NCBI GenBank assembly: GCA_949288485.1
Contig: CASEKC010000005.1
Location: forward strand, 36,658 to 100,657
DNA from: an uncultured bacterium
GTDB lineage: Bacteria; Bacillota_I; Bacilli_A; RFN20; CAG-826
Direction: 5' to 3'
Length of the DNA: 64,000 bases
Shown: positions 54,762 to 61,671 of the stretch, one piece after another
Numbering within the stretch: position 1 is the stretch's first letter
How the letters are laid out: the number at the start of each line of letters is the position of its first letter
Position numbers and translations under genes: made by a program
The notes under the pieces: generated by a model
The model's database searches: none
What the model saw: the letters and a program-made list of their open reading frames with translations, nothing else
What the model was told of the DNA's origin: nothing

Positions 54762-56028
54762 TGATTAAATTTAATTCAGATGATTTTTTAAAAATTAAAA
54801 AGCAGTTTAACTTAAACTACTACATTCGTATAAGAAAAGACACGAATTCATTTTATGTTGCTTATAATCTTCTTATAAACGGTAAATTAACTAGATTCCA
54901 AATACAAAATTCATCTGAATGGAAATTACCTTCTAAAATAAAAGAACAAAATGAATTAAAACAATCTATTTCTGAAAATATTTCAGAAATAGTTATTAAT
55001 GATTTAATAAAAAGAAAAATCATTTCTAATATCAACCCAAAAAAAGAAAAATCAAAAAATCCTACACAATTATTTAAAGAATATTTAAGTCTTTATAGAC
55101 AAGGCGTAAGAACATCTACATATCAAAATGAGATTTATACTTTTAACAAATATATAATTCCATTTTTTGAATCTTATAGTGATGTTTCAAAATCATTTAA
55201 TCGTCATACTTTTTATAAATTTAATGATTTTATAACTTCATTAGATGAAATTACTTTAACAAGGAAAAATCGTATAAAAAGACGTTTTTTAAAGGTAATA
55301 CAATTCGCAATTAATTTTGGTTATGTTGATCCAATAGTTATGGGTGAAGCTCAATTATGTTTCCCTTTAAAAGCAGATGAAACCCCAAGAGAATTAGAAG
55401 AAAAAGTTTTTACAATCGATGATTTTCAAAGATATATTTCAACCTTTAAAGAAGATGATAAATGGCGATTATTTTTTGAAACATTATTTTATACTGGAAT
55501 AAGATTAGGCGAAGCTTTAGCTTTAAAATTTGGCGATATAAAGCTAATTAATAACAATGCCGAACTTGATATAAGAGAGTCAAGAAATTCACGTAATATT
55601 GAATCTAAGCCAAAAACAATAAGCAGTGAAAATTGTTGCGCCTTACCTCTTGGTCTTTATTACAAATTAATAAAATTTAAAGAAGATAATAAAGCTCTTG
55701 ATTCTGATTATGTTTTCTTTATTGATAAAATCTCTAGAACAACTACATATAGAATCCATTTAAGGCATGAGAAATGGCTGGCTTTATAAAGCTAAATAAT
55801 GATAAAACAAAGATAATTGAAGGTACTCATCGAAACATTCATTGTTTTAGAAAATCTTGTGGGACAAACCTTTTTGAACATAATGCTGATCTTCAAACTG
55901 TTTCTAGACAACTAAGACATTCGGATATGACTATAACAGCCAAATATTATATAAAATATCTCAAAAACGGCACATTTAACGCCGTTAATAATTTATATGC
56001 TGTGTCACAAAAAAAGGAGGGATTTTGA
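54761..56028 (+). pseudogene. Tyrosine recombinase/integrase with a 1-nt deletion near codon 335
   Basis: ORFs 54761..55789 and 55774..56028 together match the 23797..25066 integrase. It reads catgagaaatgg where the paralog reads catgaagaaatgg. The catalytic tail is ..HRNIHCFRKSCGTNLFEHNADLQTVSRQLRHSDMTITAKYY. Confidence 0.75.
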
Positions 56029-56073
56029 CCCTCCTTTTAAATAGATATTTTTGAAGTCGTGCAACGAAAATTC
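56009..56073. repeat. att-type junction repeat, copy C, lacking the tRNA-derived part
   Basis: aaaaaggagggattttgaccctcc..gtcgtgcaacgaaaattc runs directly into the sequence that follows the second GCTACGAAAATTC copy at junction B. This is consistent with deletion between the two direct repeats. Confidence 0.55.
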
Positions 56074-56077
56074 CTCT

Positions 56078-56345
56078 TTATTTTTTAATTCATCTAATTC
56101 TTTTAAAAGATTAATTTCATTTTTCTAAGATGTTTTGAAATACTTTAATAATTCATCTCTATAAATACATCTTTTAAAAGGTGGAATGTCTTTAATCTTT
56201 TCGAATATTGGAGTAAGTTTATATGTAGGTGCTCCAAGATATGCAGCACATTCTGACTTAGTCCAAATTCCTTTTTCTAATAACTTAATTTATCTTTTCT
56301 TTCATAAATGACACATTTATGTCTTCTTTCCCCGATTGTTATCAT
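56078..56345 (-). pseudogene. Decayed copy of the Xis-like gene
   Basis: It aligns along its length with 30944..31213 but has indels and stops, for example ..catttttctaagatg... Confidence 0.55.
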
Positions 56346-56358
56346 AAGCTCCCTCCTA

Positions 56359-56575
56359 TTAATCAGAAAAATATTCTTTTTTTATTTTGTTGTACCATTT
56401 CATTTTTAAAACAAAATACATTTTAAAGGCTTTTAATTTCTCGTATTCATTTTTTTTAAGAGAACTGAGTTATCATCATGTATAACAATATTCTCGATAT
56501 TTACGTTATAAATTTCAGCAAGTTTAGTAAGAGTATCAATCGAAGGTTCATAAACGCTGTTTTCATCTTGACTAG
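56359..56575 (-). pseudogene. Decayed and truncated copy of XRE array unit 5
   Basis: It aligns with the 3' two thirds of 31227..31538. Homology stops at about 56575, where the RNA-module repeat begins. Confidence 0.5.
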
Positions 56576-56579
56576 TGCA

Positions 56580-56671
56580 CTTCGGCTTGCTCTTATTAAA
56601 TTCTCTTTATTCAACCACTAATATAAGTCAGCCCGAACGTATAAGAGCGACTTTTGCACTACTAACTTCAT
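56580..56671 (-). repeat. Orphan copy of the 3' terminal module (about 92 nt) of the large RNA candidate
   Basis: cacttcggcttgctcttattaaattctctttattcaaccactaatataagtcagcccgaacgtataagagcgacttttgcactactaacttcat aligns with 11160-11253. Roughly four fifths of positions are identical by eye. Confidence 0.5.
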
Positions 56672-56738
56672 AAAATAATATTGATAATATTTTTTCTCAC
56701 TAATTTTCTTAACATTAAAATTAAATATAAAAAATTGG

Positions 56739-57230
56739 TTATTTTTTAGAATCATCATCAAACCATTTATAAGAAGGATTATCTTTTCTTTTTTTCTTAA
56801 AATTCAAAATAGACTCATCTAATGTTAAACGATTTGCACCTTTACCATCAAATTCATCATCATCTTCCCATCCGCAAACTGGGCAAATATCATAAGACAT
56901 AAAATCTTTAAAGAGATATTCTCCGCAAACAGGACACATATGTGGTTCTGGGTCACCTATAAAATCTACATAATATTCCCATTTAGGATTAATTTTTATT
57001 TTATCCTCGTACCATTTTTTATATTCATTTAAAGACATTTGATTAGATTGCTTCTTTAAATCAGGATCATTTAATTGCTCTAAATCGTAATACCATCCGC
57101 ATCTAGAGCACTGTACATCATTTGGTGTTAAGCCTAATTGTTCAATATCAACATCTGTAAGTTCAGAAAAATAAAATTCACCACAAACAGGACATAACAT
57201 TGGAATGATTTGTTTTAAACTTTTATCCAT
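56739..57230 (-). CDS. Cysteine-rich CPCC-type protein with two CPxCG..CPxCGWEDD-like modules; possible immunity protein
   Basis: It contains CPVCGEFYF...CSRCGWYYD and CPVCGEYLF..CPVCGWEDDDE. It overlaps the upstream toxin-tail ORF by 16 nt. Confidence 0.5.
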   Translation of the reverse strand: MDKSLKQIIPMLCPVCGEFYFSELTDVDIEQLGLTPNDVQCSRCGWYYDLEQLNDPDLKKQSNQMSLNEYKKWYEDKIKINPKWEYYVDFIGDPEPHMCPVCGEYLFKDFMSYDICPVCGWEDDDEFDGKGANRLTLDESILNFKKKRKDNPSYKWFDDDSKK

Positions 57231-57593
57231 TTCTTAACTCCTTTCTTAGGGTAATAACTAAATCCCCCACTTCCCTCTGTACTATAAAAAGTTCTTATAA
57301 AACCATCCTTTGTCACGACAACGAGATAATTATTTCTAGAATCATATTTATACGTTTCTCCTTTGTAATTTATAACACTTTTAAAATTTCTCTTATCAAC
57401 ATTATTTGCAAAATGAATCGCACTTGCAACGTATTCGTTCTCTTTTTTAAACCCCATTTCTTCACCATGATCTTTAAAGTGTTTTTTAGAATTTGTACCT
57501 AAAAAATCTTTTGCCCAAGGATAATTTATGTGTTTTGAGGCTTTGCCTTTATGTCTTGCGCCATTTGTATTACCATATCGAAAACTTGGTCCT
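57215..57593 (-). pseudogene. Orphan C-terminal toxin-like fragment (possible RNase-type polymorphic toxin tail)
   Basis: The open frame is TKGPSFRYGNTNGARHKGKASKHINYPWAKDFLGTNSKKHFKDHGEEMGFKKENEYVASAIHFANN..YLVVVTKDGFIRTFY... It has no proper start upstream and begins right after the stop of ORF 57594..58292. The HF.DHG.E.G motif resembles contact-dependent toxin tails. Confidence 0.35.
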
Positions 57594-58292
57594 TTAGTTC
57601 ACATTTTTCTTTACCTCCTTGTTTCTTTCGTCAATAATAGTATCAAAAAAATAAAAATCGACATCATTTTTAAAAATATCTATTATCTTAACTGGCAGAT
57701 GACCCAAAACAATAATACCTTTAGGTTCTAACTTTTTTATAAGGGTACCAATCCGCCATATCCACTCCTGCTTTTGGTGTTTTAATTTAATAAAACCATG
57801 AACCCCTAAAGCTACATACGTTTTTTTAGGTAAAGCATTAAAATATTCGTTATTTATAATCTCTGAACCACCCCTGCAATTTGGTATAATTGGAACACCT
57901 TTTTTCCCGTAATAAAAAGTTAGAGCCAAATTGTCATTCAGCTGGCTTTTTTGTTTTATAATTGGCATATCTGTATGTACAGAAAAATCAAATCCTATAA
58001 TTCCACCACATCGTTTAAAAAAATTTAGATATTTTTGAGGATTCCTCCTCACTCTTTCGAATGTTTTATCTGGTGAATAAAAATAAATAAATGTTTCGCT
58101 CAAATCACCTCTATAAGTTATAGCTTTAAAAAAAGGCATTACTTTAAAAGGGATAGTTTTAGAAACCATTTCTTTTTCAATTATAGGATATTCCTCTATA
58201 TCAGTAAATTTTGCTCCTTCTACAAGAAAAGCTTGGAAAGAGTCTATAGTATCTTTATTTTTTAAAAAGCATGTCATAATAAATTCCTCCAT
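57594..58292 (-). CDS. DUF4417-like protein
   Basis: ..FIYFYSPDKTFERVRRNPQKYLNFFKRCGGIIGFDFSVHTDMPIIKQKSQLNDNLALTFYYGKKGVPIIPN.. matches my recollection of the DUF4417 pattern (HFY..D..FER....P..Y...L......PDFS...DMP). Confidence 0.5.
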   Translation of the reverse strand: MEEFIMTCFLKNKDTIDSFQAFLVEGAKFTDIEEYPIIEKEMVSKTIPFKVMPFFKAITYRGDLSETFIYFYSPDKTFERVRRNPQKYLNFFKRCGGIIGFDFSVHTDMPIIKQKSQLNDNLALTFYYGKKGVPIIPNCRGGSEIINNEYFNALPKKTYVALGVHGFIKLKHQKQEWIWRIGTLIKKLEPKGIIVLGHLPVKIIDIFKNDVDFYFFDTIIDERNKEVKKNVN

Positions 58293-58384
58293 AAAAAATG
58301 ACTATTTATTTAGAACATGCTAATATATATGTGCAAGACATGTTTCAAGCATGTTCCTCCCGAATCACTGCAATGATTCGGGTT

Positions 58385-58948
58385 TTATTTTGTTTTACAT
58401 AACGATAAAAAATCTTTTTCTAATTTAGTAAACCCTCTGAAATTACTGTTGCACCTACTTATAGCGGCACCAAAAGCATTATTAGCAGCTTCAAGTGAAA
58501 TATCGAAAGCAAAAAACACATCTTTCGGGCCTAAAGGACTATTGATAAAATCCATAACTAAACAAGTTGGCGCCAATAAATATCGTGCAAAATGATTGGC
58601 TAGTATTTCATCTTTTTCGCTTGGATTAGTTTCTCCAAAAACAACATGTTTAATTTCGTGTGCTATTGTAAAACGCTGTCTAAAAAAATTAATACCATCA
58701 TTATAAAATATATGCCATTGAATAAGTTCTGATGTTTCTTTTCTTATTGAAAAACCGTCTTCAAGCTTTTTGTTTTGATTTATATAATTTCTCTGAAAAT
58801 TAGATAATTTTGAATATGGAATAATAATTATGCCCAACTTTCTTGCGAGCTCAAAAACATCAATTTTATAACCATTAAAACCATAATCGATTCTTAATTG
58901 CAAGGCTACACTATCAAGTTCTCGATAATCTAAAGAAGAATAAAGCAT
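58385..58948 (-). CDS. ImmA/IrrE-family metallopeptidase
   Basis: Zinc motif FTIAHEIKHVVFGE. There is a 1-nt overlap with the upstream XRE repressor gene, the classic ImmR/ImmA arrangement. Confidence 0.75.
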   Translation of the reverse strand: MLYSSLDYRELDSVALQLRIDYGFNGYKIDVFELARKLGIIIIPYSKLSNFQRNYINQNKKLEDGFSIRKETSELIQWHIFYNDGINFFRQRFTIAHEIKHVVFGETNPSEKDEILANHFARYLLAPTCLVMDFINSPLGPKDVFFAFDISLEAANNAFGAAISRCNSNFRGFTKLEKDFLSLCKTK

Positions 58949-59265
58949 TATTTCCCTCCAAATAAGACTCGTATAAGATCTGTTTTTTCTTCGTCGGTCA
59001 ATTTTGCCTTGTTTCTAGTAACAACACACAAAGTTTCTTTATAAGGGTCGATAGATTTTCTTTTTTCTTCTTCTCCAAGAAGATAAGAAGTTTTAACATT
59101 AAATACCTTAGCTATGTTTCTTAATATATCTAGTCGTGGTTCCAACGTTCCGGCTAAATACCTACTTAAAGAGGATTCAGAGATCCCTGATAAATTTGAC
59201 AATTCTTTCTGTGAAATTCCATCAATTTCCATCAATTCTTTAACTTTTTCACAAAATATTTTCAT
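58948..59265 (-). CDS. XRE-family repressor (ImmR-like)
   Basis: ..GISQKELSNLSGISESSLSRYLAGTLEPRLDILRNIAKVFNVKTSYLLGEE.. Confidence 0.75.
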   Translation of the reverse strand: MKIFCEKVKELMEIDGISQKELSNLSGISESSLSRYLAGTLEPRLDILRNIAKVFNVKTSYLLGEEEKRKSIDPYKETLCVVTRNKAKLTDEEKTDLIRVLFGGK

Positions 59266-59459
59266 TGATACACCTCCTTACGATTATTATACTATTTCAT
59301 GTTTGGCTGTCAAACAAATTTCAAAAATGAAATTAAATACATCCAAATGGTTGCTTTAATTTATAAATATTAATTAAAGTATTTTTATAAGTTATTTTTA
59401 TGAATTTAAATTCTTTAGTAACCAAACTTTATAAGATTTCATAAATAACTGAAAAGATA

Positions 59460-60094
59460 TATTGCCACTCAAGAAGGAATTACCAACGCTTATTGTAGGA
59501 CTCTTGTGAGAAGAAAATTTGCGGAATTCATAAAGTCTCTTATTTTTGAAAAATTAAGAATTAGTAAAGCTCGTGAAATTAAAGACTTGATTGATAAATT
59601 ATTTGAAAAAGAAAGAGAATTTAAATTAATAAATATGGCCCAGAAAAAATAAAGCAATGTAGAAATAGTAAAACCTACCTCGAAGTTTTAGATAAAATAT
59701 TTTATAAATCAGAAAATGATAAACCAAAAGAAGAAGCAGCGCTTTATTCTGCAATAAATTATATATTGAAAAGAAAAATGGTTTTAAAACTTTTCTAGAA
59801 GATGGAGATATTGATTCAAGGAATAACATTTCAGAAAGAGCAATTAAGGCTTTTGTTATTGCGAGAAAAACTTTCTATTTTCAAATACCGCCGAAGGGGC
59901 AGAGAGTTCTTCAATTTTCTTTTCAATTCTTCAAAGTTCATTAGCAAATAACGTAAATCCTTTAGAATATATTTCATATTTAATTAAGAAAATTAATAAC
60001 AACTGTGATAATTTCGAAGAACTTTTACTATGGAAATATAAAAATCAAGCCGATTAATTCGATTTAGTTCGGATGGTTTTTATTTTATGCTTAC
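59460..60094 (+). mobile_element. 3' remnant of an IS66-family element: frameshifted transposase C-terminus plus the right terminal repeat
   Basis: Broken frames read ..VRRKFAEF.. and ..NNISERAIKAFVIARK(N)F(L)F..GAESSSIFFSILQSSLANNVNPLEYISYLIKKI..ELLLWKY.., typical of the IS66 TnpC C-terminus. The element ends ..tttatgcttac, reverse complement GTAAGCATAAA, matching the GTAAGC-type IS66 terminus. Confidence 0.6.
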
Positions 60095-60096
60095 TT

Positions 60097-60147
60097 AACG
60101 CTGTTAATAATTTATACGCTGAAGGACAAAAAAAGGAGGGACATTAA
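60097..60147 (+). pseudogene. Last 16 codons of an integrase gene, truncated by the IS66 remnant
   Basis: Its translation NAVNNLYAEGQKKEGH-stop aligns with the tails of the two integrases (..NAVNNLYDETQKNTGNS and ..NAVNNLYAVSQKKEGF). Confidence 0.55.
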
Positions 60148-60245
60148 CCCTCCTTTATAAATAGATATTTTTGAAGTCGTGCTACGAAAATGCTACGAAA
60201 ATTCAAATTTATTCGATGGTTATCGTGTTTGGTGCCTTCTGCCGG
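60127..60245. repeat. att-type junction repeat, copy D, continuous with the intact tRNA-Thr gene
   Basis: This is the same module as copies A and B (hairpin, GCTACGAAAAT x2, tcgatggttatcgtgtt) and runs into the true tRNA 3' end. Confidence 0.7.
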
Positions 60246-60305
60246 AATCGAACCAGCAACCTACTGATTACAAATCAGTTGCTCTGCCAATTGAGCTAAG
60301 AAGGC
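60230..60305 (-). tRNA. tRNA-Thr (anticodon UGU), CCA encoded
   Basis: The reverse complement GCCTTCTTAGCTCAATTGGCAGAGCAACTGATTTGTAATCAGTAGGTTGCTGGTTCGATTCCGGCAGAAGGCACCA folds as a cloverleaf. The anticodon loop is UUUGUAA. Confidence 0.9.
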
Positions 60306-60319
60306 ATTTTATTTTCTAA

Positions 60320-60394
60320 TGGTAGGCGCTATTAGGATCGAACTAATGACCTCTTCCGTGTGAAGGAAGCGCTCTCCCATTGAGCTAAGCGCCC
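60320..60394 (-). tRNA. tRNA-Val (anticodon CAC by hand fold), CCA encoded
   Basis: The reverse complement is GGGCGCTTAGCTCAATGGGAGAGCGCTTCCTTCACACGGAAGAGGTCATTAGTTCGATCCTAATAGCGCCTACCA. The D arm resembles tRNA-Val and the anticodon loop is UUCACAC. The first acceptor pair is G-U. Confidence 0.8.
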
Positions 60395-60440
60395 ATTACT
60401 TTTTTAAATAATGAACTTAGCTTTTAAAGTCATTTTTAAT

Positions 60441-60517
<77 letters not shown>

Positions 60518-60733
60518 TTCCTTTGATAGCATTTTTCAATGCTTGAATATTATATAGTTAATAAGGGATGAATGTCAAATTAAATTTTTACTTTCTTTGT
60601 CTAAAAATAATGAGAAAAATCGTAAATAATATAATTTACTTATTTATAAATATTAAAAGTAATTATATATGTAAATAATTTATTTACATATAGAAAAATG
60701 TGCTAAAATTTTTAAAGAAAAAGGAGATTTTAT

Positions 60734-61609
60734 ATGTCAAAATCAAGAGTTTATTTTATTAAAGATATAACTCCAGAAAATGTAGTTAAATTATTCGACC
60801 TTTTAAATATAACTTTAAAAGGAAAAGTTGCTTGTAAAGTCCATAGCGGTGAAGAAGGAAACCAAAATTATTTACATCCAGAATTCTTTAAACCAATTAT
60901 TGATAAAGTAAATGGTACAGTTGTTGAATGTAACACAGCTTATGAAGGTGAAAGAAATACAAGCGAAAAACATTTAAAATTATTGAAAAATCACGGATGG
61001 AATGATTTATATAAAGTTGATTTAATGGATGAAACTGGTCCTGATGCTGTGTTAGATATTCCTAATGGTATTCAAATTAAAAAAGATTATGTTGGTAAAA
61101 ATTTATTAAATTATGATTCACTTTTAGTTTTATCTCATTTTAAAGGTCATCCAATGGGTGGATTTGGAGGAGCTTTAAAACAACTTTCAATTGGTTGTGC
61201 TTCTTCTTATGGTAAAGGATATATTCATAATAGTGGTGGAGATGCTTATGCTGATATGATGAAAGCTGATCAAGATGCTTTTATTCGTTCAATGGCTGAT
61301 GCTGCTAGTGCCGTTCATAAACATTTTAATGGACATAGTGCTTATATTAATGTTATGAAAAATTTATCAGTTGATTGTGATTGTTGTAGTGTTGCTGAAG
61401 ATCCATGTATGGAAGATATTGGTATTTTGGCCTCTTTAGATCCAGTTGCAATTGATCAAGCATGTATTGATTTAGTTTATCATTCTAAAGATAAAGGAAG
61501 AGACCATTTAGTTGAAAGAATAGAATCAAGACATGGTTTATTAATATTAGATACTGCTGAAAAATTAGATTTTGGTAGTAGAGAATATGAACTTATTGAA
61601 GTTAAATAA
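60734..61609 (+). CDS. DUF362 domain protein
   Basis: N-terminus SRVYFIKDITPENVVKLFDLL..KVACKVHSGEEGNQNYLHPEF.. and a later Cys cluster VDCDCCS. The RBS is aaaggag. Confidence 0.6.
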   Translation: MSKSRVYFIKDITPENVVKLFDLLNITLKGKVACKVHSGEEGNQNYLHPEFFKPIIDKVNGTVVECNTAYEGERNTSEKHLKLLKNHGWNDLYKVDLMDETGPDAVLDIPNGIQIKKDYVGKNLLNYDSLLVLSHFKGHPMGGFGGALKQLSIGCASSYGKGYIHNSGGDAYADMMKADQDAFIRSMADAASAVHKHFNGHSAYINVMKNLSVDCDCCSVAEDPCMEDIGILASLDPVAIDQACIDLVYHSKDKGRDHLVERIESRHGLLILDTAEKLDFGSREYELIEVK

Positions 61610-61639
61610 TTTATAAATATATAATAGAATGTATACATA

Positions 61640-61668
61640 AAAAATGACTCGAAAATGAGTCATTTTTT
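61640..61668. terminator. Bidirectional terminator hairpin between convergent genes
   Basis: aaaaatgactc-gaaaat-gagtcattttt has A and T runs on both sides. Confidence 0.55.
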
Positions 61669-61671
61669 ATT

